Part shown: positions 27,286 through 35,105 of the stretch, piece after piece
Position numbering within the stretch: position 1 is the stretch's first letter
Layout: each line of letters opens with the position of its first letter
Virus record (IMG/VR): IMGVR_UViG_3300024309_000094
Location: 1 to 36,446 of that record
Length of the DNA: 36,446 bases
Direction: 5' to 3' (one strand)
Origin: a virus
Lineage: Duplodnaviria; Caudoviricetes
Notes under the pieces: generated by a model
Database searches by the model: none
Told to the model about the DNA's origin: nothing
What the model saw: the letters and a program-made list of their open reading frames with translations, nothing else
Made by a program: the position numbers and the translations under genes

Positions 27286-27389
27286 CCCGCAAAACTACTC
27301 CAGAGTAAGCGGTGAAACGGGCGCAATAATAAGCCGGACCACCGCCCTCTAAATAATGCCCGAACGAAATGCAGCCGACCCCAAAGAAA

Positions 27390-27575
27390 TCAGGTCGCGA
27401 TGATTGGGGTGGAAGAGATAACGTCCCCGTTTTCATCATAAGAGACCAGCCAAGCCTGCCCATCGTGATACTCGATACTGGTTGTGTCGAGGATCAACTC
27501 GTTCGGTAACGGCGCGGTCTCGACGCTCTTGATCGGCACAATATTGTTCGGATCGGAGGGCGAGTTAGCGCTCAT
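27390..27575 (-). CDS. Small acidic Ser/Thr/Pro-rich hypothetical protein
   Basis: 61 aa; ATGA overlap with the glycosyltransferase stop codon. Confidence 0.55.
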   Translation of the reverse strand: MSANSPSDPNNIVPIKSVETAPLPNELILDTTSIEYHDGQAWLVSYDENGDVISSTPIIAT

Positions 27576-28444
27576 GCCGCCACCTCATCTGCATAACGGA
27601 ACCATTCCCGCTGCGACGGGCGCAATTCGTGCTTCTTGGTCTTCCAAGGCTTGATGCCGCCGGCGTAGTGAAGAATCACAGCCTGATCCGTAAGCGGCGG
27701 CTGCGCTTCTGGGGGAGCGTGACGAACAAATCCCTCCTGGAAATTATATTTTGCCGACACCATCGCATGCAGCCCAGGGTTCTCGCTGAAGTAGACGCTC
27801 ATGTGCGACTGTTCGTTGATGCGTGGTGGTGCGCTGAATGCGCTCAGCAACAGTTCCTCTCGGAAAGCATCGGACAGAAGGTCGTCACGGATCAGCATCA
27901 TGCCGCTGTTCACGCGCCATGAATGGTTGCCCCACATATCACCGTCGATCAGCTTTTGCATGCCGGCCGCCGGGTCTTCCGACTCCATGATCGACCGCTG
28001 GAACTGAGGAGCGCACAGAAACTTCACGTCGGGCCGCAGAGAGAGAAGTTCTTCGGCCGGCTTTTTGAATATCATATCAACGTCGAGGAAAAGTAGTTGC
28101 GACGTTTCTTGCTTTTCGAAGGCGGCCCATTTTAGGAACGTACCCAAGTTCCATGTAGCGCGTTCCGGACGCTTCACGGTGTCGCGTGAGGCCTTCTCCA
28201 AAATCTTCTGTTGGGCGGGGTCGATCAGCCGCCGCTTGTCCACAATTTTCGCGACCAGCGGGTCTTCGAACACCTCCGGATCGGCGGAATATATGATGAT
28301 CGGGCAGTCGAGCAGCGTTTCCTGTTCGACCATCGAGCGCACCAGTGCTCGGAAAAGTCCTGCGTAATTGGCGTCGAACGCGAGAGCTATGCTTGTGTCA
28401 TAATGGTCACCAGCAACACCGCCAGTATATTTGCGCAAAGTCAT
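27572..28444 (-). CDS. Glycosyltransferase, GT-A fold, family 8-like (cargo gene)
   Basis: IALAFDANYA, LFLDVDMI (DxD), VNSGMMLI, NEQSHM, KYNFQ and ILHYAGGIKPW. Confidence 0.88.
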   Translation of the reverse strand: MTLRKYTGGVAGDHYDTSIALAFDANYAGLFRALVRSMVEQETLLDCPIIIYSADPEVFEDPLVAKIVDKRRLIDPAQQKILEKASRDTVKRPERATWNLGTFLKWAAFEKQETSQLLFLDVDMIFKKPAEELLSLRPDVKFLCAPQFQRSIMESEDPAAGMQKLIDGDMWGNHSWRVNSGMMLIRDDLLSDAFREELLLSAFSAPPRINEQSHMSVYFSENPGLHAMVSAKYNFQEGFVRHAPPEAQPPLTDQAVILHYAGGIKPWKTKKHELRPSQREWFRYADEVAA

Positions 28445-28470
28445 GGCCGCTCCGATCAGATGGAGTGTTT

Positions 28471-28499
28471 TGGCTATGCTCAGCGCAATTATTTTTCAA
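28471..28499 (-). promoter_or_regulatory. Putative sigma70 promoter for the glycosyltransferase
   Basis: TTGAAA-N17-TAGCCA on the minus strand in an AT-rich gap; GGAG RBS downstream. Confidence 0.45.
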
Positions 28500-28663
28500 G
28501 GAGAGATTTTGTCCAAGCTAAAGGGATTTGAAGAGATAATTTCATCACGTAGCTGATTCCATTACGTTTTTTAGGCAGATGCCCATTCATGGCCTGCGCG
28601 GAAATGACAATCGTCAGCCAAACAGAAATGGGACAGAACCAGACCGTCCTGACGTATGCCGAT

Positions 28664-29323
28664 TTATGTTTTGCGGACGATCGCGACCACTCGCCCCAAA
28701 ACATGCAGTTCCTGATCATAGGCGATTTCGTCGCGCACACTCTGATTGTCGCTCATGATCTTAACTGAGCCATCCGCCATCTGCCGCAATCGCTTGACCA
28801 TCCCACTATTGCCGTATGCACAAGCCCAAATCTTATCGGCCAGGTTAAGACTCTGCTGCGAAGCGTCTATCAAAAGCAGATCGCTATCGAGGATCGTCGG
28901 AGACATGGAATCCCCAATACCTTGCGCAAAATAGAGATGATCAGGCGAGGCCCCCGTGTAGATCCTGATCCAGTCGCGAGGAAAGTGCCGAACGGTAGTC
29001 GTGACGGGAACTTCAAGATCGGTGGCGCCCATGCCGTAGCGCAGATCGATCTCGCGGACCGGCACAAGGCCAAGCTCATTTGCAACGACATCCACGGATG
29101 GAAGAGGCACGTATCCGAGCGCAGGATCGTCCGTTGATCCGCTCAAATACTCCGCTGTTGTCTCTAATTCCCGCGCGATTGCATGAAGATGCGCGCTGCT
29201 CCGCACCGTTCCAGACAACAATTTAAAAATCGAAGGTTGCTTGATCCCAACCCGTCGAGCGAGTTCGGCTTGCGAGATGCCCATCGCGCCCATGCGGTCG
29301 CGGATACGCCCAGCGTCGATCAT
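28664..29323 (-). CDS. cI: CI-like repressor (XRE HTH plus S24 autopeptidase)
   Basis: ISQAELARRVGIKQPSIFKL HTH, GMG cleavage region, GDSMSPTI catalytic Ser and VKRL catalytic Lys. Confidence 0.92.
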   Translation of the reverse strand: MIDAGRIRDRMGAMGISQAELARRVGIKQPSIFKLLSGTVRSSAHLHAIARELETTAEYLSGSTDDPALGYVPLPSVDVVANELGLVPVREIDLRYGMGATDLEVPVTTTVRHFPRDWIRIYTGASPDHLYFAQGIGDSMSPTILDSDLLLIDASQQSLNLADKIWACAYGNSGMVKRLRQMADGSVKIMSDNQSVRDEIAYDQELHVLGRVVAIVRKT

Positions 29324-29329
29324 TCTCCG

Positions 29330-29401
29330 CTGCTATAACCATGGCTATTTTCGTCAACGAACTTATGGCTATTGACAGGACTATACCTGTGGTTATAGGC
29401 A
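29330..29401. promoter_or_regulatory. Divergent cI/cro promoters with three operator-like repeats
   Basis: TTGACG (minus, 29352-29357) and TTGACA (plus, 29372-29377); 14-mers ATAACCATGGCTAT, GAACTTATGGCTAT and ATACCTGTGGTTAT at 29335, 29359 and 29383. Confidence 0.75.
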
Positions 29402-29407
29402 TGCGGC

Positions 29408-29737
29408 ATGGATCAGGCTTTCTCACCGTTCGAGGCGCTCAAGGACGCGGTAGCTAAGGCCGGTGGCCAAGCGGCCACGGCGAGGATTTGCGGCGTCAGC
29501 CAGCCTGCAGTGTGGAAGTGGTTGCAATCAGGGAAGCGACTGCCAGCAGAATATGTGCTGGCTATTGAGGCCGAAACTGGCGTCTCTCGTCATCTTCTGC
29601 GCCCCGATATCTATCCTCTTCTCATGCCACCCGCTGGCATTGCCGTAAGCGATGAGTGCGCCCCCTTCATACAGCCAACGCCGGACGCCGTCGCTTGCGA
29701 TCGGAGTTCCGGATTGCAACGAAAAGACATCCGCTGA
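29408..29737 (+). CDS. cro: Cro-like regulator (YdaS family HTH)
   Basis: AGGQAATARICGVSQPAVWKW..LPAEYVLAIEAETGVSRHLLRPDIY; divergent from cI. Confidence 0.88.
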   Translation: MDQAFSPFEALKDAVAKAGGQAATARICGVSQPAVWKWLQSGKRLPAEYVLAIEAETGVSRHLLRPDIYPLLMPPAGIAVSDECAPFIQPTPDAVACDRSSGLQRKDIR

Positions 29738-30033
29738 TGCCCGCCCCCCTTCACCATATGTCGAAGCCTTCGGGTCGCACCTTCGACAACCGGCAGCAGG
29801 AGCGCCTGCCCCAGTTTAAAACCCTCTCGGGATCTGAAAACAGCGCTCCAACCTATTCCCTGCGCGGTCGCTTTGCGTCCCGGCATGCCTTTACGATCCC
29901 GGAAGATTTGACTGTGCGTGATGAGCTTGCCCCCATGCCACAACTGCCGCGCTGGTACAGCCTCGCTGTGTTTCTCATCATCAGCAGCGCCGACATCTTC
30001 GCCATGTGTGCAATCGGGAGGCCCGGAGCATGA
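29737..30033 (+). CDS. Hypothetical protein
   Basis: TGATG overlap with cro and ATGA overlap with the next gene; C-terminal hydrophobic stretch. Confidence 0.45.
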   Translation: MPAPLHHMSKPSGRTFDNRQQERLPQFKTLSGSENSAPTYSLRGRFASRHAFTIPEDLTVRDELAPMPQLPRWYSLAVFLIISSADIFAMCAIGRPGA

Positions 30034-30521
30034 CGAAGGTCCGCGCCCCTCTGACCTTCTCGCTCGCCGTCACCACGGCGGTTGGACTCATCGGTTGGGA
30101 TCATGCCGCCAAGATCACGCGCCGCTCAAAGCGCGCGGTTCGCTACTGGAGCGAGAGCGACAAGGCCAGCATGCCCACGCTCGACCAAGCTATAGCGCTC
30201 GATCGGGCCTTCATTGAAGCGGGTGGCGGCTTTGCCCCGATCCTCGAAAGCTACGCCCGGCAACTGGACGTGGAGCTCTCGAACACATTGGCATGTCGGG
30301 CGGCGCTGGCCGACGACATCGCCCAGGCATCGCTGGAGACGGCGGACGCGATCAGCAGCAGCATCCATGTGATGCAGCATGGCGCATCCCCGACAGAAAT
30401 CCATCACGCCATCAAGGAGACTGAGGAAGCGAGCGGTGCCGTCATTCGCCTGCTGTCCCGTCTCAAATCATTCCTGCCCGGCAATGGCGCCGGCGCGGAC
30501 AATGCGGGGGTAAGAGCATGA
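30030..30521 (+). CDS. Phage regulatory protein, CII-like
   Basis: GGAG RBS; HTH-like AAKITRRSKRAVRYW..PTLDQAIALD and helical C-terminus; position after cro. Confidence 0.55.
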   Translation: MTKVRAPLTFSLAVTTAVGLIGWDHAAKITRRSKRAVRYWSESDKASMPTLDQAIALDRAFIEAGGGFAPILESYARQLDVELSNTLACRAALADDIAQASLETADAISSSIHVMQHGASPTEIHHAIKETEEASGAVIRLLSRLKSFLPGNGAGADNAGVRA

Positions 30522-30850
30522 GCAAGGGCCAGCGGCCAACAACTAAAGGCAAGGAACAGCCGCGCATGGCAACGGTGGATTGCCCGGCCTGCGGGGCACG
30601 CGCCTTCGCCCGTAACATCGGCAAGAAGAGCCTCCTTTATCGGGAGGTCTACTATCATTGCCTCGATCTGCGCGACTGCGGTCATGAATTCGTCGTCGGC
30701 ATTTCCGCGCTGCGAACCGTCCGCGCCTCGCGCTGGCCAGAGCCGCTGGAAAAGCTGCCGATGACCACCTGGCGCGCCGCCGATAATGATCGGGCTGCCA
30801 ATGATGATGGTCCGCCCAGCGAGCCTAGCACCAACAGCATGACCGGCTGA
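30518..30850 (+). CDS. ogr: Ogr/Delta-like zinc-finger late transcription activator
   Basis: CPACGARAFAR..YYHCLDLRDCGHEFV C4 motif. Confidence 0.88.
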   Translation: MSKGQRPTTKGKEQPRMATVDCPACGARAFARNIGKKSLLYREVYYHCLDLRDCGHEFVVGISALRTVRASRWPEPLEKLPMTTWRAADNDRAANDDGPPSEPSTNSMTG

Positions 30851-30956
30851 CCGCCGGCGGCCCTTCAGCCGCGCCCCTGATCCCTGCTCAATCCAGCCCG
30901 GCGGACCCCGCTGCCGGGAACGCCCCTTTCTTGCCTTCGAATGTCTCATTCTCGCC

Positions 30957-33683
30957 ATGTCCATGCGTGACGACATCCGCCGCGAACTGCTCGCCAAGCT
31001 GAAAACCGACTTCCAGTGGAAGACGGACAAAGGTGCATGGCTGCGCGGCGGCAAATGCCCCGATTGCGGCGAAAAGCAGGTCTACACCAACGCTGAAAGC
31101 CCGTGGGTTCTCAAGTGCAACCGCCAAGAAAAATGCGGTTGGGAAGAGACGGTTCGCGATCGATATCCCGAAATCTTCGACACCTGGTCGAACCGCTTCC
31201 AGAAGACGCGCGAGAACCCCAATGCTGCGGCAGACGCCTATCTGACCGACGCCCGCAAGCTGAACCTGATGGGGATGCGCGACGCCTACAGCCAGGAATG
31301 GTTTCAGGATCAGAAGCGCGGCATCGGCTCGGCCACCGTTCGCTTTCCCCTGCCCGGCGGCAGCTGGTGGGAACGGCTGATTGATCAGCCTGGTCGCTTC
31401 GAGAAGAAGGCCAATTTCGCCTATGGCAAGCCCTATAAGGGGCAGGCTTGGCAGCGTCCTGACGTGTCGTTCGAGGACATGGCCGCAGCGGATAGCATCT
31501 GGATCGCCGAAGGCATCTTCAACGCCTGGGCGCTGGAACAGGCCGGCCAGCGCGCCATTTCGGCGATGTCCTGCAACAACTATCCCGAAGAGTTCCTGAA
31601 ACAGCTGCGCGCGCATATCGCCGCTTCTGACAATCCCTTGCGTTCGCCCCAGCTGGTCTTTGCCTATGACGCCGGCGCCGCTGGCACCGGTGCGAGCCGC
31701 GAGCATGTGAAGCTGGTGATCAAGCACGGATGGAAGGCGACGGCCGCGCAGCCCAGTGGAGAAGACGAAACCGGCAAGGTGCTGGATTGGAACGACCTGC
31801 TTGGCCTCGATCGCCTGGAGGCCGACCATCGCGCCGAATATCTGTGGTTCGGCAAAGTGCTTCTGGCCAAGGACGCCCAGGAAAAGGCGTTCCTGATCTG
31901 GGAAAAGCACCACTGGACCAATTTCAATTTCACCTTCGGCAACCGCACCTACTGGTGCGCGATCGACGTCGCTGTCGTGCAGGAAAAGATCGACGAGTAT
32001 CGCAAGAGCCGCACCCGCGAGCTCAAGGATGTTGACGCTGCCGTCGAGGCGGAAATCCGCATGCAGGCCTCGCGCGAGGCCTTGATGGTGGAAGAAATCG
32101 CCAACTGCGCCTTTCGCGTCTTGTATCGCCAGCGCGACGACGCCACCGACGAAACCCGCTTCTTCCTCAACATATCCTTCCCCAGCGGAAAACGCCCATC
32201 GGTGAAGGGCGATTTCACTGCCGCCCAGCTGCGCAAGGCCTCGAATTTCGAAGACCGCTTGTTCGCCTTCGGGGGCGTCTGGACCGGCAGCGCCTACCAG
32301 CTGACCCGCATTCTGCAGCAGCAGACGCCCGACCTGCCCGACGTGCGCCCGCTTGGCTTCACCGGCTATTGCCGCGATGCGAAGGCCTATGTCTTCGGTC
32401 AATATGCCGTGTCGGGCGGCCGTGTTTACAAACCCAACGACAATGAATTCTTCCAGATCGGCAAGAATGCGCTGAAACTCGGCACCTCCGAACGGCTGCT
32501 GGACATCGATTATGACGCCGACCAGCTGGACACCAGCTGGCTCGCCGATCTGTGGACCGCCTATGGCGCCAAGGGCGTCACCTGCCTGACCTTCTACTTC
32601 GCATCGCTCTTTGCAGAGCAGGTCCGCGGCGAAATGAAATCCTTCCCGTTCCTCGAAATGTACGGCCTGCCCGGCACCGGCAAAACGACGCTGATCGAAT
32701 TCTTATGGAAGCTGCTTGGCCGCGAAAATTACGAGGGCTTCGATCCGGCCAAGGCGACCCCGGCGGCCATGGCGCGCAACCTGGGCAAGGTCGGCAATCT
32801 CCCCGTCGTGCTGATCGAGGGCGACCGCCGCGAGGAAGCCAGCCACGCCCGCAAGTTTGAATGGGAGGAATTGAAGACCGCCTATAACGGCCGCACCGTC
32901 CGGGCGCGCGGCGTCAAGAATGGCGGCATGGAGACGTTCGAACCGCCTTTCCGGGGCGCTGTCGTCATCGAACAGAACGAACCCGTCAATGCGAGCCGCG
33001 CCGTGCTGGAACGCATCATGTCGCTCGGCTTCGACATGTCGAACTTCACCAACGACACCAAGGCGGCGGCCGAACGGCTTGAGCAGTGGCCGGTGGAGAA
33101 GATTTCGGGTTTCATCGTGCATGCTGCCCGGCGCGAGCAGGATATCATGGCGCGCTTCCGCCAGGCCTTCGCCCAATATGAGGCAGAATTGCTCGCCCTG
33201 CCGGCGATCCGCACCAATCGTCTCGCCAAGACGCATGGGCAGTTGCTGGCATTCCTCGACGCGATCCGCGCGATCGTGCCGCTCACCGATGAGCAGCAGG
33301 CGCAGACAATGCGCTTCATCGTCCAGATGGCGAGCGACCGACAGCTGGCCGTCAACAGCGAAGACCCGATCGTCAGCCTCTTCTGGGAACGGTTCGATTA
33401 TCTGGAAGAGAACGAGGCGAAAGGCGCCACCGCCGGCAAGATCAACCACCATCGCAAGCGCGACGAAGGGCTGATCGCTGTCCGCCTCAACGAAATGGAG
33501 GCCCGCTGCGCGGAAAAGCGCCTGCAGCTGCCTACCCATTCCGAACTGATCCGCGCCCTCAAAACCTCCAAATCCCGCCGGTTCATCGAACAGGCGATGG
33601 TCAATTCCATCAACGACAATGTCGGCTCTGTTCGCTGCTGGGTCTTCCATGACCCGTCGCGCGCCACCGGCAAAGCTTCCTGA
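30957..33683 (+). CDS. Replication protein: Zn finger + Toprim primase + P-loop helicase
   Basis: CPDCG..CNRQEKCG, IWIAEGIFNA, FAYDAG, DWNDL, Walker A GLPGTGKTT and Walker B VVLIEGD. Confidence 0.88.
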   Translation: MSMRDDIRRELLAKLKTDFQWKTDKGAWLRGGKCPDCGEKQVYTNAESPWVLKCNRQEKCGWEETVRDRYPEIFDTWSNRFQKTRENPNAAADAYLTDARKLNLMGMRDAYSQEWFQDQKRGIGSATVRFPLPGGSWWERLIDQPGRFEKKANFAYGKPYKGQAWQRPDVSFEDMAAADSIWIAEGIFNAWALEQAGQRAISAMSCNNYPEEFLKQLRAHIAASDNPLRSPQLVFAYDAGAAGTGASREHVKLVIKHGWKATAAQPSGEDETGKVLDWNDLLGLDRLEADHRAEYLWFGKVLLAKDAQEKAFLIWEKHHWTNFNFTFGNRTYWCAIDVAVVQEKIDEYRKSRTRELKDVDAAVEAEIRMQASREALMVEEIANCAFRVLYRQRDDATDETRFFLNISFPSGKRPSVKGDFTAAQLRKASNFEDRLFAFGGVWTGSAYQLTRILQQQTPDLPDVRPLGFTGYCRDAKAYVFGQYAVSGGRVYKPNDNEFFQIGKNALKLGTSERLLDIDYDADQLDTSWLADLWTAYGAKGVTCLTFYFASLFAEQVRGEMKSFPFLEMYGLPGTGKTTLIEFLWKLLGRENYEGFDPAKATPAAMARNLGKVGNLPVVLIEGDRREEASHARKFEWEELKTAYNGRTVRARGVKNGGMETFEPPFRGAVVIEQNEPVNASRAVLERIMSLGFDMSNFTNDTKAAAERLEQWPVEKISGFIVHAARREQDIMARFRQAFAQYEAELLALPAIRTNRLAKTHGQLLAFLDAIRAIVPLTDEQQAQTMRFIVQMASDRQLAVNSEDPIVSLFWERFDYLEENEAKGATAGKINHHRKRDEGLIAVRLNEMEARCAEKRLQLPTHSELIRALKTSKSRRFIEQAMVNSINDNVGSVRCWVFHDPSRATGKAS

Positions 33684-33700
33684 CAGAGAAAGGCCTTACC

Positions 33701-34144
33701 ATGCGTAGCGTCCCCTCCCTCGCGGCCATGCTCGACGACGGCAAGCCCGCACCGCGCCCTGTCGTCATGCCCTGGGAATATGTCGCCATGCGGCGGACCG
33801 CCGCCGGCATGACGATCGAGCAGGCTGCCCGGCCCTATTGGCACCGCCCGGAACACCGGGCAGATGTAGAACGCAACATCGGCGCCCTCGAAACCGTGGG
33901 CTTCCGCATGAAGCGCGACTTCTTCGTCGCCGATATGTCGCGCGCCTACACCTTCAATGTCGACGTCTATCGCCAGCTTTGTGACACGCCGCCTGATCAG
34001 CATCCGCGCCTTTGCCTAGCCTGCGGATGGGACCAGTGGTCGACCCAGTACGACACCAATGGCGAGGAAGCGACCTGGTCGCAGTCTGATCCCGACCTTT
34101 GCACCCGCTGCGAGCAGCTGGATCGCAAGAAGGTCATAGGCTGA
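33701..34144 (+). CDS. Hypothetical protein with an HTH-like N-terminus and CxxC..CxxC
   Basis: [22 protein letters not shown] and CTRC; AAGG RBS. Confidence 0.65.
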   Translation: MRSVPSLAAMLDDGKPAPRPVVMPWEYVAMRRTAAGMTIEQAARPYWHRPEHRADVERNIGALETVGFRMKRDFFVADMSRAYTFNVDVYRQLCDTPPDQHPRLCLACGWDQWSTQYDTNGEEATWSQSDPDLCTRCEQLDRKKVIG

Positions 34145-34320
34145 TGCGCCGACCGAGCATTGTTCATCCGATGGGTTGCCGCTGCGCCAGCTGCGATCCC
34201 GCCTTCTCCATCCGCGATTGGCTGGCGGCCTCGATCGCCGGCACCGCCCGTCTCGCCGCCTTTTCCGGCTTTCTGCTGGGCTGCGCCCTCCGCTCTCTCT
34301 TCGCCATCATCAATTTTTGA
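34144..34320 (+). CDS. Small hypothetical membrane protein with HPxGCxCxxC
   Basis: TGATG coupling; 58 aa with a hydrophobic C-terminus. Confidence 0.55.
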   Translation: MRRPSIVHPMGCRCASCDPAFSIRDWLAASIAGTARLAAFSGFLLGCALRSLFAIINF

Positions 34321-34331
34321 AAGGAATGACC

Positions 34332-34574
34332 ATGTCAGAAACAAACGTAGCTGCTGAAAACCTCCGCCAGGGCATCGAGCGTATCGAGCGCCTGGAAGAA
34401 GAAAAGCAGGGCATCGCGGACGATATCAAGGACGTCTACGCCGAATACAAGGCGCAGGGTTTCGACACCAAGATGATGCGCGAGGTGATCCGCCTTCGGA
34501 AGATGCAGCCCCACGATCGGCAGGAAATGCAGTCGATCCTGGAGACCTACCTGTCGGCGCTGGGAATGGAATGA
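34332..34574 (+). CDS. gapR: GapR / DUF2312 nucleoid-associated protein homologue
   Basis: [59 protein letters not shown]; AAGGA RBS. Confidence 0.92.
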   Translation: MSETNVAAENLRQGIERIERLEEEKQGIADDIKDVYAEYKAQGFDTKMMREVIRLRKMQPHDRQEMQSILETYLSALGME

Positions 34575-34678
34575 TGGCCAAGGGTCTGCTCCGCGCCCTG
34601 CTTATTATCGCCGCCCTGCTGGCGATCCCCTTCATCATCGCGCGCGCCATCGCCGGCGCGCAGGGAGAAAACCGTTGA
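34571..34678 (+). CDS. 35-aa single-TM peptide (absent from the ORF track)
   Basis: [35 protein letters not shown]; overlaps both neighbours by 4 nt. Confidence 0.6.
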   Translation: MMAKGLLRALLIIAALLAIPFIIARAIAGAQGENR

Positions 34679-34920
34679 CCCGTCAACTGTCCCTAATCGA
34701 ACATATAGCGCTGAATTTTCTGGCAACAGGCGGTCGCGCGACCACCGCCGCGATCGCTTCGACTTGCGGCCTGATGGCCGGCGGTCGATGCCTGCCCCAA
34801 GTCCGCAACATGCTGCGCCGCCTCCAGCGGCGCGGCCACATTGCGAATGGCTACACCGCCCCCGGCCATTATGCCGTCTGGTCCATCACCGACGCGGGCC
34901 GAAAGGCGGTGCAAGCATGA
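34675..34920 (+). CDS. Small winged-helix-like hypothetical protein
   Basis: GGGAG RBS and TTG start; VRNMLRRLQRRGHI..WSITDAGR wHTH pattern. Confidence 0.6.
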   Translation: MTRQLSLIEHIALNFLATGGRATTAAIASTCGLMAGGRCLPQVRNMLRRLQRRGHIANGYTAPGHYAVWSITDAGRKAVQA

Positions 34921-35102
34921 CCGCGCAAGCACCCGAACGACTGCTTCGGATCGGCGATGTCGTCGACCGCACCGCCCTATCTCGATCACATATTTACGCG
35001 CTTGTTGGCCGGGACGCGTTCCCAGCCCCGCGCAAACTGGGCGCCAAATGTTCCCGATGGATCGAAAGCGAAGTGGATGCCTGGATCAACAGGGTATCGT
35101 GA
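34917..35102 (+). CDS. alpA: AlpA-family regulator / excisionase
   Basis: RLLRIGDVVDRTALSRSHIY..FPAPRKLG..SRWIESEVDAWI; next to the integrase. Confidence 0.9.
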   Translation: MTAQAPERLLRIGDVVDRTALSRSHIYALVGRDAFPAPRKLGAKCSRWIESEVDAWINRVS

Positions 35103-35105
35103 TGT

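Noticed and set aside
28489-28740. 83-aa ORF between cI and the glycosyltransferase
   Set aside because: Overlaps the cI 3' end out of frame and the GT promoter; no RBS or recognisable motif
29408-30033. YdaS/YdaT-type toxin-antitoxin pair
   Set aside because: Position divergent from cI with shared operators indicates a Cro role; no toxin motif seen
4960-33650. Many long antisense or alternate-frame ORFs (e.g. 4960-6264, 13125-14213, 17023-18315, 20759-21901, 24528-25718, 30888-32402, 32703-33650)
   Set aside because: Shadow ORFs expected from high-GC codon bias opposite well-supported genes; no recognisable motifs
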